Source of the DNA: an uncultured Bacteroidota bacterium
GTDB taxonomy: Bacteria; Bacteroidota; Ignavibacteria; Ignavibacteriales; Ignavibacteriaceae
Direction: 5' to 3'
Assembly: GCA_963764235.1 (NCBI GenBank)
Contig: CAVXRO010000006.1
Span: forward strand, 702,884-766,883
Length of the DNA stretch: 64,000 nt
Shown one piece after another: positions 50,852 to 60,435 of the stretch; position 1 is the first letter of the stretch, and the number at the start of each line of letters is the position of its first letter. The translations under genes were made by a program, and so were the position numbers. The notes below the pieces were generated by a model. It saw only the letters and a program-made list of their open reading frames with translations. It was not told where the DNA came from and made no database searches.

Positions 50852-51175
50852 ATGGGAAAGTTATTAAGAATTACTAATCCTGATGGAAGTGTAATTTTTA
50901 AGGATAAGATAACAGGCGAAATAGTTAATCCAAAACAAAAAACCTCAAGTCTGTCAATGTGCTTATCTGCTTTGGGAATTATTTATTTCATTGCTTCAGT
51001 GATTATTTCATTCATTCTTTTTTTTAATAGTTCAGTTAAGGTTAATAGTATGTTTGGAGGGTCCAACCAAACTAATCCCATAACAATCGCAATTAACGTC
51101 CTTTTCCAGGGATTAATTATAATGTTAATATGCATTGCATTATCAAAAATATTGGATTCAACAAAAACTGTTTAA
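50852..51175 (+). CDS. Small hypothetical membrane protein (2 TM)
   Basis: 107 aa. RBS-like AGAGGG upstream, two long hydrophobic helices. Confidence 0.5.
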   Translation: MGKLLRITNPDGSVIFKDKITGEIVNPKQKTSSLSMCLSALGIIYFIASVIISFILFFNSSVKVNSMFGGSNQTNPITIAINVLFQGLIIMLICIALSKILDSTKTV

Positions 51176-51705
51176 GAATATTCACTCTGTAAGAAACTCA
51201 AGAATAAATATACTCGTCTTTATTATAGTGGCCGAAAATTCAGGTTCTTTATTCCCTCTAAGTTGTACCAAAATAATTATTACAGTCCAAAAAAGAACTT
51301 TGTAACATCAAAACTTTTTAATAAATGTTGCAATATTAATCCCTATTGATTGCTAATAGATTGATTATCAGCTATTAATTACCTGTGTATAATATTATTT
51401 TTAATACATTCCAAACAGGTTCTATTTTGCTGGAAGATATAGGAAAAATTGATACTATCAAATCTTATGAATAATGTAAAATTTGGAAGATTATTTTAAC
51501 AGGTATGTAAAAATAAGTCTAAAGCCAAACTCCTGAAAAGAACCTACCCCCGTCTTGACACCCCCACAACAAATTTAAAGGTATAAAAACCCCCTACAGA
51601 ACAAGCTTTTTTATATATGCGCCAGCTTTAGGGATAACTCATTATAAATCAATAAGTTAACTTGTGTTAAATTTTTGGTGATGTGATTACCAATTAATTA
51701 TTTAG

Positions 51706-51742
51706 TTGACAATCTACAGCTGTGGTATTATATTTACCACAG
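51706..51742 (+). promoter_or_regulatory. Sigma70-like promoter with a palindromic operator bracketing the -10 element
   Basis: TTGACA 51706..51711, 17-nt spacer, TATATT 51729..51734. Perfect inverted repeat CTGTGGTA (51720..51727) / TACCACAG (51735..51742). AAGGAGG at 51769..51775 and ATG at 51784. Confidence 0.6.
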
Positions 51743-51783
51743 TAACATTCACCAATTTATTTTTTATTAAGGAGGTCATAACT

Positions 51784-52164
51784 ATGAAAGAAGTTAATGG
51801 CACTTTTGGTGGATTTGTCAAAGAACTAAGGCTCAATAAAAAGAAAATGGGTTTGCGAGAATTCTGTTTAGAAAATGGACATGACCCTTCTAACTGGAGC
51901 AAATTGGAAAGAGGAAAACTTCCGCCACCCAATGATACTGAGATATTAGAGAAATGGGCGAATCAACTTGACCTTAAGAAAGGCGATTCTGAGTGGTTTG
52001 AGTTTTTTGATTTAGCAGCGTTGGAACACGGTAAAATTCCACAGGATATTATGTCTGATGCAGAATTAGTAGATGCTCTTCCAATTTTTTTTAGAACTGT
52101 ACGAGGTCAGAAACCGAGTAAAGAGGATTTAAAAAAATTAGCGGAACTATTAAGAAGGGCTTAA
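51784..52164 (+). CDS. XRE-family helix-turn-helix transcriptional regulator
   Basis: Start moved to the ATG at 51784, which has a strong RBS. 'FGGFVKELRLNKKKMGLREFCLENGHDPSNWSKLERGK' is an HTH_XRE pattern. Confidence 0.8.
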   Translation: MKEVNGTFGGFVKELRLNKKKMGLREFCLENGHDPSNWSKLERGKLPPPNDTEILEKWANQLDLKKGDSEWFEFFDLAALEHGKIPQDIMSDAELVDALPIFFRTVRGQKPSKEDLKKLAELLRRA

Positions 52165-52167
52165 CTA

Positions 52168-52806
52168 TTGTCGGAAGTTGAACCTAATGAAATAAAATCG
52201 CCTCGAATAAAATTTGATGAAATCCGAAATCAAGCCGATAGCTTTAGAATAAAATACTCGAATCAAGGGGTATTGCCAGTAGATATTCTAAAGATTGCAG
52301 AATTTAATCTTGATTTAGAATTTATCCCCGTTGATAAATTGAAAAGTAATTTTGATATAGATGCTTTATTATTCAACGGGCTAAAATCAATCGCTGTGGA
52401 TAAAAATGAATTTTTAAATGATATATTTGAAAATCGATTAAGATTTTCAGTAGCGCATGAAATTGGACATATTGTCCTCCATAGTTCTATTTATGAAAAA
52501 TTGTCGTTTAATAGTTTAGATGAGAAAATAGAATTTATTTCCCAAATTGATGAAGAAGAATACAATTGGATTGAACAACAGGCTTATGAATTTGCCGGTA
52601 GACTTTTAGTTCCTCCTGACGAATTAGAATTAAGCTTAAAAGATAAAATTGATGGAATTAATAAGTTTAAAGAAAAATTTGGAAATGATAATATTGAGAT
52701 GGTCAGTTCTTCCGTCTCCTCTTTTATATGTAAAAAGTTTGGTGTATCTGAATTTGTCATTCAAAAAAGAATCAAAGTGGAGAAATTTGAGCATTACCTA
52801 TTTTGA
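52168..52806 (+). CDS. ImmA/IrrE-family zinc metallopeptidase (COG2856/DUF955-like)
   Basis: 212 aa. TTG start 3 nt after the XRE stop. HExxH in 'SVAHEIGHIVLH' and downstream 'EQQAYEFAGRLLVP'. Confidence 0.8.
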   Translation: MSEVEPNEIKSPRIKFDEIRNQADSFRIKYSNQGVLPVDILKIAEFNLDLEFIPVDKLKSNFDIDALLFNGLKSIAVDKNEFLNDIFENRLRFSVAHEIGHIVLHSSIYEKLSFNSLDEKIEFISQIDEEEYNWIEQQAYEFAGRLLVPPDELELSLKDKIDGINKFKEKFGNDNIEMVSSSVSSFICKKFGVSEFVIQKRIKVEKFEHYLF

Positions 52807-52855
52807 GGTCTCCTTCGATTGAAAATTTTAGCTAAGTTTTCAGTTGTTCACACAT

Positions 52856-53221
52856 TTAGTTAGATTTACTTTGTTTTCTATACCAATTCATCCAATCCCC
52901 TGTAAACTTTTTTATACTATCACTTTTAATATTAATCATCTCTGGAATTTCAAACATTCTTAAAAACATATCGAAAGCATCTTTATCATTCTCATAAAAA
53001 CTTAGGACAGCTGATTTTGTAATATTTATTGCTTCATACTCTTTAGAATTTTGATTATATCGTTGTAATATTATATCCAGAGCTTCGTTTAATATATCCT
53101 TTGGATAAGGCAAAAAAGATTCTGGAATATTACTTTGAAAAAGTGAAAATAATAAAGAATGAAATGGCCAGAACCATTGTTGCCACACTTTAAATATATT
53201 GTCAGCTTCTTTAGTCGTCAT
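52856..53221 (-). CDS. Hypothetical protein (predicted all-helical, Trp-rich ends)
   Basis: 121 aa ORF with GGGAAGG RBS upstream. No recognisable motif. Confidence 0.5.
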   Translation of the reverse strand: MTTKEADNIFKVWQQWFWPFHSLLFSLFQSNIPESFLPYPKDILNEALDIILQRYNQNSKEYEAINITKSAVLSFYENDKDAFDMFLRMFEIPEMINIKSDSIKKFTGDWMNWYRKQSKSN

Positions 53222-53740
53222 AATGGCCTTCCCAAACTTAGGTTTTAAGAGTCAGTCTCTTTTGTTATAAAGAAAAATGATTGTTTTTACAATCAGTTTC
53301 CTAATTTTCTTTTTAACATCTCTTAATATACACTTCATCGATTTTTTATTCTACAATTTAAGCTAATTATCCACTTCAACCCCACACCTATCTTACTAAG
53401 GGTGTATGGGGTGTCTTTCTGTTGAAAAATCTCATCAATTTTTATAGTATGCGACTTGTAGACCTTAATTAAGACTCAACACTCCACAGAACTATACAAC
53501 ATAGCGTATGTTTTAAGCTATTTCCTTACGTTTAGGCATCACTTTTTTCGGGACTCGATAAATTTACCCTCAGAATAGAAAATCTCTTCCTTAGAATCGA
53601 AATTTGCCTTTTTACCAATAAGGGTTTCAAATACCTTTTTTGCAATATCAGATCTGCTGAACTTTGCCTGGTAAATCCATAAGTTACAATTCACACCCCA
53701 TTTTAACTTTTGAGACAGCCTCTTGATTAATTTGACATTA

Positions 53741-55228
53741 TTATTTTAACAAAACCATCTTCCTGACCTGAAGGAAAGTTCTGCCCCGTCTTCCGGAAGG
53801 TACCGCCATCAGACTGTAGAAATAAACTCCGCTGCTAAGTAGTGAATTATCGAATGATAAAAATATGTAATGAGTTCCTGCATCTTCATTCCCCTGGTAG
53901 ATTATTCTGACAAGTTCCCCAAGTGAGTTGAATAGTTCAATCTTAACTTTTGCTGGATCTCTCAGTGTGAACCGTATGGTTGTTGAAGGGTTGAACGGGT
54001 TGGGATAATTCTGGTAAAGGATGAAATTATTACTGTCCGTGATTTCCAGGCCTTCAGCTATCAGCTGATTATACTCCTTAAATAAATTCAGCAAATCGGG
54101 ATCATGTACTTCATTAAAAGCATAACTGTCTGCTATATTCATAAGTTCTTCAGGTACATACTGCCATATAAGAGCAGAACGGGATGGCGTGTCCCTGATA
54201 GTCTCCAGGTAGATTTTATAATTTGTCATTCTTTCATTTATCACTCCGAATTCACCTAACAGGGAGGGTTTGCCAAAACTGTCGGAGAGTCTTGTATGGT
54301 CGTTTATCCAGGTATTTCCAGCCAGCGGTTCGCATCCCCAATTCTCGGGATATAAATGGAATGATGAATAGTCAATATTACTTATTGAACTGTTCTCAGC
54401 GAAACTGCTTCCTTTATATCCGTTGAATAAAAAGCGGATATTATTATAAAAAAGTTCGGAATCTGAATAATCCTCTTTGTGATTATCGTAACCTGTCTCC
54501 CCGGTGGTTACCAGGTGGTTATGATCTATTAATTTAAAATAGTCAGCCATTTCGCTGTACCAGTCTCTTATAACCTCGGTGGAACCACCATCATTTTCAG
54601 CCTCATTGACTAATTCAAAACTGAAAATATCGGGTTCGTCCTTATACACAGTACCGGTATATGTATTCACCCGATCTAGGATTGATCTCATATAATACTT
54701 GTACCAGCATTTCATTGAATCATCTGTAAAGAAATCTTCGTGAGAATATGTAATTCCTGTTATCGGTTTTATGTATCTGTCAGCCCATTCAGTATATTGT
54801 TTTATACCCCCGAAGTCATTAAAATTATTCTCAATTGTCAAAATCAGGTATACATCATACTGCTTAGCCTTATAAATAATATAATCTAGTGCTCTTAGTC
54901 CATTTTCTTTAAGACCGTATGGCGAATACCTGATGCAGGATGCTGTTGAAGAATCATTGTTTGAATTAAATCCCCATGTCCTGATTACTTTTACCCCGTT
55001 TTCGCTGGCTGTTCTGAATACCTTATCAACCAGGTATTTTTTTGAAGAATCCGAAGCTATCCACTGCAGGTAATAGGCACTGAAGCCCAGGAAGGAGAAA
55101 ACTGAATCACCCCTGTAAAACTTTTCATTCTTTGCATAGATAAAGTTCTGTGAGTAATCACGCGGGCTAAGTACTATGAGAAACAATATTGACAGAATTA
55201 TTTTCAACAGGCTATTTATCAACGTCAT
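53741..55228 (-). CDS. Glycoside hydrolase family 5-like (mannanase/cellulase type) with T9SS C-terminal sorting domain
   Basis: 495 aa. 'VIRTWGFN', acid/base region 'FELVNEAEN', nucleophile region 'LLGEFG'. C-terminus 'QNYPNPFNPSTTIRFTL...GVYFYSLMAV...QVRKMVLLK'. Confidence 0.75.
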   Translation of the reverse strand: MTLINSLLKIILSILFLIVLSPRDYSQNFIYAKNEKFYRGDSVFSFLGFSAYYLQWIASDSSKKYLVDKVFRTASENGVKVIRTWGFNSNNDSSTASCIRYSPYGLKENGLRALDYIIYKAKQYDVYLILTIENNFNDFGGIKQYTEWADRYIKPITGITYSHEDFFTDDSMKCWYKYYMRSILDRVNTYTGTVYKDEPDIFSFELVNEAENDGGSTEVIRDWYSEMADYFKLIDHNHLVTTGETGYDNHKEDYSDSELFYNNIRFLFNGYKGSSFAENSSISNIDYSSFHLYPENWGCEPLAGNTWINDHTRLSDSFGKPSLLGEFGVINERMTNYKIYLETIRDTPSRSALIWQYVPEELMNIADSYAFNEVHDPDLLNLFKEYNQLIAEGLEITDSNNFILYQNYPNPFNPSTTIRFTLRDPAKVKIELFNSLGELVRIIYQGNEDAGTHYIFLSFDNSLLSSGVYFYSLMAVPSGRRGRTFLQVRKMVLLK

Positions 55229-55285
55229 TGATATAAAATAAATTTAAACTTTTTACGGACTAAAACATAAGGGGGGAAGTACGGG

Positions 55286-55329
55286 AAAAAAAAAGCAGCC
55301 TGACGGCGGGGAGAAAACCGCCAGACTGC
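55286..55329 (-). terminator. Rho-independent terminator ending the respiratory operon
   Basis: On the minus strand, 'gcagtctggcgg' pairs with 'ccgccgtcaggctgc' (GC-rich stem with small bulges), followed by T9 (the A-run at 55286..55294 on the plus strand). Confidence 0.8.
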
Positions 55330-55345
55330 AAGGGAGTTTGACTAA

Positions 55346-56986
55346 TTAAACCACTTCTTTTGTCTTCTGATTAGTTCTCATTTTTGTATACATTATTGAA
55401 ATTATCAGCAGTATAATGCTCACGGCAAGAAATGAGATAATTTTGTAGGTAATATCGTTTGAAGCTATTCCAAATGCAGCAAGATAAAGTGAAGTTAATA
55501 TTAATGTTGATACAGCCATCATTCTGTACTTTTTGTTTTTGAGCAGCTTACTCATCAGGTAATAAAGCAATGCGAGCCCGGCCCATGATAGTCCCACGAA
55601 GCTTGACGGTAATACTTCAAAGAGTACGTAGGGAAGGATGAAAAAGGCCATTATTAGATAAGCCAGCCTTATATTGCCAGTTGTTAATTCGAGTCTTGTT
55701 TTCTGCCAGTTCAGGATACGTGCACTTACAAGAGCAGCCAGACCGAAACTTATTCCTTCTATTCCCACATTATTTACATTAATAAGATAAGTAATAAGGA
55801 TACCGCCGAAAATAAAAACATTTGCAACGATTATAAACTTAGATCTGAACCAGAGGGCCGTTGAAATTACTATAATGCTCTGCCAGCAGAGAAGAATGAA
55901 GAATGTCGGTTCGCTGTAGGATGCAATTATGGCTGTACTCAGGGCGGCATAAGCAAACATGGCATATATAAAGGAACCATATTTGCTTCTTTCCCTTGTC
56001 CAGAATAAAACCGCCAGCGCCATCAATATCACAAATGCACCTAGGTGAACCATCCCCAGGTTCTGTACTCCGTTTAAAATTGAGATGAGAAGAAATAATC
56101 CGTAGCCTAGTGAAGCATTCATAATTGTCATAAACAATTCATCAAGTTCCCGTTTTTTTCCTTTTACAAGCAGAAGACTGCCGATACCGTATACTGCCAG
56201 ATAAGCAAGCAGGAAGAAAAGGTTGTAATGAAAACCGGTTGTTATCAGAAGATCATGACCGAGTAGAGGGTTATTTACAAACCAGAAACAGTGTGCCAGA
56301 CAGGTAAATATTATTCCGAAAACCATTAGGTTCGGAGAATTAAATTTTAATGATAGGAGCACTACTGATATGCTTATTAACGTCAGCATTATGAATATCA
56401 GCAGCGGAATTTCTGTTACAAGGGCCGTCATCATAAAGAAAAGCTCCGCAAGTGCGATTAAATACACAGATTGACGCCTTAATGCTATCCAGGATGCAAA
56501 ACCTCCTACGATCAGCAGAAAAATTACAAGTAATAATCTGCTTGTCACAAGTGGTTCCATCCCGAAGAAATGCAGCCGCAGGGTTGTAAGGAAAAAAAGA
56601 GCCGCACCGCCCCCTATCAGGAAGCCTGAAATATATTTAAATGATTTAAGCCATATTTCAGGTAATATTATCAGGGTTAAGCTGATTAAATAACCAATTG
56701 AAATTGGAAGCATCGGAGGGTAGTTATCCAGGGGCTGAGTTAACAGAAAGAACATGCCGAGAATAAAAGCAAGTATTCCGATCTTTGCAAACCAGTATTC
56801 TCCTATTGCAAGTTCCAGTGAATCATCATCTTCATCAGTTTTGGCACGAGGCTGTTCCTTTATTACGTCTGCCGGGCTCTCCTTTCTAATGTTGAGAGCC
56901 GCTTCCACATCAGTCAATCTGCGTTCAATCCGGTCCATAGTTCTGATGAGATCTTCAATAAGAGTATTTGATACTTCGCTACTCAT
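55346..56986 (-). CDS. DUF2339-like polytopic membrane protein
   Basis: 546 aa. N-terminal soluble helix 'LIRTMDRIERRLTDVEAAL', then more than 15 TM helices. GGAGG RBS. Starts 15 nt after the cytochrome c stop. Confidence 0.6.
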   Translation of the reverse strand: MSSEVSNTLIEDLIRTMDRIERRLTDVEAALNIRKESPADVIKEQPRAKTDEDDDSLELAIGEYWFAKIGILAFILGMFFLLTQPLDNYPPMLPISIGYLISLTLIILPEIWLKSFKYISGFLIGGGAALFFLTTLRLHFFGMEPLVTSRLLLVIFLLIVGGFASWIALRRQSVYLIALAELFFMMTALVTEIPLLIFIMLTLISISVVLLSLKFNSPNLMVFGIIFTCLAHCFWFVNNPLLGHDLLITTGFHYNLFFLLAYLAVYGIGSLLLVKGKKRELDELFMTIMNASLGYGLFLLISILNGVQNLGMVHLGAFVILMALAVLFWTRERSKYGSFIYAMFAYAALSTAIIASYSEPTFFILLCWQSIIVISTALWFRSKFIIVANVFIFGGILITYLINVNNVGIEGISFGLAALVSARILNWQKTRLELTTGNIRLAYLIMAFFILPYVLFEVLPSSFVGLSWAGLALLYYLMSKLLKNKKYRMMAVSTLILTSLYLAAFGIASNDITYKIISFLAVSIILLIISIMYTKMRTNQKTKEVV

Positions 56987-57001
56987 AATACCTCCGGTGA
57001 T

Positions 57002-58483
57002 TTAATCCTTTAATGGATTTTGTTTCTCTATTTTCCTGATGTAGAAGAAAAGTATTACTATCAGAAAGCTTATTATTAAGACTGATATAACTAACCCTAT
57101 TCTTCTGAAATAATATTCATCAATGGCACCTCTAGCTTCGGTAATCACGTTTTTAGATGATGCGAATCCTTTGTTAACAACTTCTTTGAATTTATCTTTA
57201 TTGAAGGAATGCAGAACGGTTCTGGTTTCAATCTGTGCCTGGTGGATATTCCTTAACTCAAATTTGGCTTCCTCTACTTCCATTCCTTTCTGTTCTGCTT
57301 CGAAAATAAGTTTGTTCGCAAGGGTATCCTGATTAGCGAGACTATCGAGCCAGCCCTTCATTTCAGCAGCGACCATAAATCCCTCCCGGTTGTTTGAGGC
57401 TGAATGACATTTAATGCAGACAGACCCCTCAGCTGTGCCGAGAAGCTTATCCTGTACAGGCAGTATTTCGTGATTTCCATGACAGGTTTCACATTCGGGA
57501 TAGTTATTTTCATCGAATGCTTTTTTATGGGGACTACCGGCAAAGAGTTCAGCATTTAATGCATGGCAATTACCGCAGACTTTTGAAATTGAGGTAAGTC
57601 CGGGAGGCATAGCCGCATGATTACCATGACAGCTGTTGCACACAGGGGCACTAAGGTCATTTTTTACAAGGAGAGCTTGCCCATGGACACTCTTTACATA
57701 CTTATCATACTGATCAGTCGGAATGCCGTATCCTTTCATATATTCTTTGTCGCTGTGGCAGTGTGCGCAGGTTTTCGGAATATTCGTCGGGTATACAGAT
57801 GAGCGTACATCTTTAGTAGACAGTATATTATGACTTCCGTGGCAGCTTACGCATTCAGCCGGCTTAGGATCTCCTTTTGCATTAAGGATACCATGTTCGC
57901 TCGTTCTGTATTTCTGGTACTGATCAACGGCAATTTCAGGGTTATAGGAGCGCATAAATTTTGCATCGCCATGACATTTATTGCAGGTCTGGGGAATATT
58001 AGTAGGATAAACAGGGGATGAAGGATTTTTTACAGAAACTATACCGTGAGCATTATGACAGGTGATGCATTGTACTATCCTGTCTGTGCCATCCAGATTT
58101 GTCTTACCGTGTACACTGTTCTTCAGCATGGCCATCTGGTTTGTTGAAAGTGATTTATCATACCCTGAGATAAATGAGGAATCAGAATGGCATTTGGAAC
58201 AGATCTCAGAAATCTGGTTTCCCTTTGGAACACCTGTGAAGCCTTTTCCTTTATCCATTGCTTCATCCATATCCTCGCTTTTACTGTCTCCCCCATGACA
58301 GGCAGAGCAGCTTAAGCCTGCAAGATGATGGACATCATTTTTGAACAACTCTGCCGGAGAGCTTCCCAGATCTGAATGGCAGGAATAACATTTATCTTCT
58401 GCAGCATATATGAGTGAACGGAAGGATATAATAAAGAATAAAAATATTAAGCTGATTCTTAAAATAGTTTTCACGACAGCCAC
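57002..58483 (-). CDS. Undecahaem c-type cytochrome with C-terminal membrane anchor
   Basis: 11 CxxCH motifs counted (aa 32, 59, 95, 139, 167, 211, 239, 282, 303, 331, 356). Signal peptide and C-terminal TM '[21 protein letters not shown]'. The start is GTG at 58483 or GTG at 58474; the latter overlaps the cyt b stop as GTGA. Confidence 0.9.
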   Translation of the reverse strand: MAVVKTILRISLIFLFFIISFRSLIYAAEDKCYSCHSDLGSSPAELFKNDVHHLAGLSCSACHGGDSKSEDMDEAMDKGKGFTGVPKGNQISEICSKCHSDSSFISGYDKSLSTNQMAMLKNSVHGKTNLDGTDRIVQCITCHNAHGIVSVKNPSSPVYPTNIPQTCNKCHGDAKFMRSYNPEIAVDQYQKYRTSEHGILNAKGDPKPAECVSCHGSHNILSTKDVRSSVYPTNIPKTCAHCHSDKEYMKGYGIPTDQYDKYVKSVHGQALLVKNDLSAPVCNSCHGNHAAMPPGLTSISKVCGNCHALNAELFAGSPHKKAFDENNYPECETCHGNHEILPVQDKLLGTAEGSVCIKCHSASNNREGFMVAAEMKGWLDSLANQDTLANKLIFEAEQKGMEVEEAKFELRNIHQAQIETRTVLHSFNKDKFKEVVNKGFASSKNVITEARGAIDEYYFRRIGLVISVLIISFLIVILFFYIRKIEKQNPLKD

Positions 58484-59547
58484 CCGAGAGAAGTTAAAAG
58501 AATAATGAACATTACGGCGAACAATCCCATATAATTTATCTTGAGATTCCGTTCACCCCTTGAGCTCTTGCGGTCCCAGAACGGAACCAGCAGCCAGAGG
58601 ATTCCCGCAATCCCGAACAACAGAATCCCTACAACTTCGCCCTCAACAAAAAATATGTGCGAAGGGAAATACTTCAGGGTCTGGAACATAAACAGGAAAT
58701 ACCATTCAGGTTTAATACCCGCGGGTGCTATACCGAAAAGATTTGCCTTAATTCCAAGTTCAGCAGGGAAGAACACCGCGAGTATCGCAAGAAGATTCAG
58801 GACAAGCAGCCAAAGCAGAAGGTCCCGCAGAAAAAAGTTCGGGAAGAAAGGCATCTTTTTGAGCGGTGTCTTCTTTTCCTTTGCATCAATAGGTTCACTC
58901 ATTCCCTGTCTCTGAACAAGTATAAGGTGAATAGCAAGAAGTATTGTAAATATGCCAGGAAGGAGGGCAACATGAAAACCGAAGAACCTGGAGAGTGTAG
59001 CACCCGTAACATCATCGCCGCCGCGGAGGAATATCTTCATCGGATCTCCTATTACAGGAATTGCTCCGGCTATGTCCGTCCCAACCTTTGTGGCAAAAAA
59101 TGCCAGTTCATTCCACGGCAGAAGATAGCCGCTGAAGCCGAAGAACAGAGCGAGGAAGAACATAAACATACCTGTAAGCCAGGTTAATTCCCTGGGTTTC
59201 CTGTATGCTTTTTCAAAGAAAACGCTGAACATATGAATGAAAAGGGATAGAATAAAAAGATTAGCCGACCAGGCATGGATAGATCTGACCAGCCAGCCGA
59301 ACTGAACTTTCGACATTATGAACTGAATGCTCTCATACGCAAGATCTGCACTTCCTTTATAATAGAAAAGGAGAAGAATCCCGGTAACAACCTGAATAGT
59401 GAAGAGGAAAACTGAGACTCCTCCGAAATAATACCAGACTGAATGCCGGTGAACGGGCACATACTTTTTGCTGAAGAACTTAATAAGATCTCCAAACTGA
59501 ACCCTTTCATCTAACCAACCGTAAAGTTTTAAGAATTTGTTTTTCAT
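58471..59547 (-). CDS. Cytochrome b of a Rieske/cyt b complex (fused b6 + subunit-IV-like)
   Basis: '[23 protein letters not shown]'. His pairs '[18 protein letters not shown]' and '[18 protein letters not shown]'. Qo motif 'PEWYFLF'. ATG at 59547 preferred over the TTG at 59571. Confidence 0.9.
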   Translation of the reverse strand: MKNKFLKLYGWLDERVQFGDLIKFFSKKYVPVHRHSVWYYFGGVSVFLFTIQVVTGILLLFYYKGSADLAYESIQFIMSKVQFGWLVRSIHAWSANLFILSLFIHMFSVFFEKAYRKPRELTWLTGMFMFFLALFFGFSGYLLPWNELAFFATKVGTDIAGAIPVIGDPMKIFLRGGDDVTGATLSRFFGFHVALLPGIFTILLAIHLILVQRQGMSEPIDAKEKKTPLKKMPFFPNFFLRDLLLWLLVLNLLAILAVFFPAELGIKANLFGIAPAGIKPEWYFLFMFQTLKYFPSHIFFVEGEVVGILLFGIAGILWLLVPFWDRKSSRGERNLKINYMGLFAVMFIILLTSLGWLS

Positions 59548-59554
59548 GTTAATA

Positions 59555-60007
59555 CTATGTGGTTTTTGCAATCATTAATTCGTCCCCTTTAATTATGGTT
59601 TTGAATTTAGTGAGAGGCCTGGGAGGGGGACCCGAAATATTTCTGCCGGTCAGATCATATTTGCCGTTATGGCAGGCGCACCAGATAACGTGCTTTTCTT
59701 TTACATATTGGACTGTGCAGTCAAGATGAGTACATCTTGCAGAGAAGGCAAGAAATTTATCATCAGACGGGATTACAATAACAGGTTCATTTCCGAAACG
59801 GACGATTTTGAAGTCTTCCTTTTTCAGGTCAGCTACTTTCCCGGCACTTACTATCGAAACTTCAACTTCCCTCTGTTTGGGAGGACGGAGAAAAGAGAAT
59901 ACCGGGTATAAAACCGAGGCAGAGAAAGCCGTTATACCTGTCATACCGAGGATCTTTAAAAAGCTTCTCCGGGAGGTCGGTTTGTTTTTAGGATCAGATG
60001 TTTCCAT
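59555..60007 (-). CDS. Rieske [2Fe-2S] protein with Tat signal
   Basis: 150 aa. '[10 protein letters not shown]' twin-arginine leader, cluster boxes 'CTHLDCTV' and 'CACHNGKYD'. Confidence 0.9.
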   Translation of the reverse strand: METSDPKNKPTSRRSFLKILGMTGITAFSASVLYPVFSFLRPPKQREVEVSIVSAGKVADLKKEDFKIVRFGNEPVIVIPSDDKFLAFSARCTHLDCTVQYVKEKHVIWCACHNGKYDLTGRNISGPPPRPLTKFKTIIKGDELMIAKTT

Positions 60008-60026
60008 AATTAGAATACTTTGTTTG

Positions 60027-60401
60027 TTACTGTTGTTTATAAAATGGAATAGCCGCTGTTATAATTTCTTTTATGATGTTAGTATCTAATGGTTTTTCAG
60101 TAAGGTTGAATATGCCTTCCTGGTAGAGGATCCCGCCTTCCTGGGGACTGGTTCTTTCATTTAGGATAATCAGGGGAGTCTTGGGATTTATCCGCTTGAT
60201 GATTTTCACCCAGTTATGACAGACAGAGAAACTTTCGCTGCAATCGCAAACGATCATATCGTAATCATTTTCCTGTAGATCAAGGATGAATCCCGCAAAT
60301 TCTTTTTTCTTCACGAGAGCAATACCAATCTCTGAACAGATTTCGAAGCACTGTGATATTGTGGTTTCATCGCTGCTAAGTATTATCCCTCTGAACTTCA
60401 T
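60027..60401 (-). CDS. Stand-alone receiver (REC)-like domain protein, atypical
   Basis: 124 aa. The CheY-like pattern has the phospho-Asp position ('MIVCDCS') and 'EKP' Lys kept, but the N-terminal acidic pair reads 'SS(D)' and the Thr/Ser position reads Asn. Confidence 0.55.
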   Translation of the reverse strand: MKFRGIILSSDETTISQCFEICSEIGIALVKKKEFAGFILDLQENDYDMIVCDCSESFSVCHNWVKIIKRINPKTPLIILNERTSPQEGGILYQEGIFNLTEKPLDTNIIKEIITAAIPFYKQQ

Positions 60402-60435
60402 AAGCGATACCTTTAATGTCTTAGGGCACTGAAAG

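Noticed and set aside
51559-51570. C-rich words at 51559..51570 and 53378..53388 as att-like direct repeats flanking the XRE-ImmA-orphan block
   Set aside because: Only about 8 nt are shared (ACCCCACA-like), which is too short to distinguish from chance without a search.
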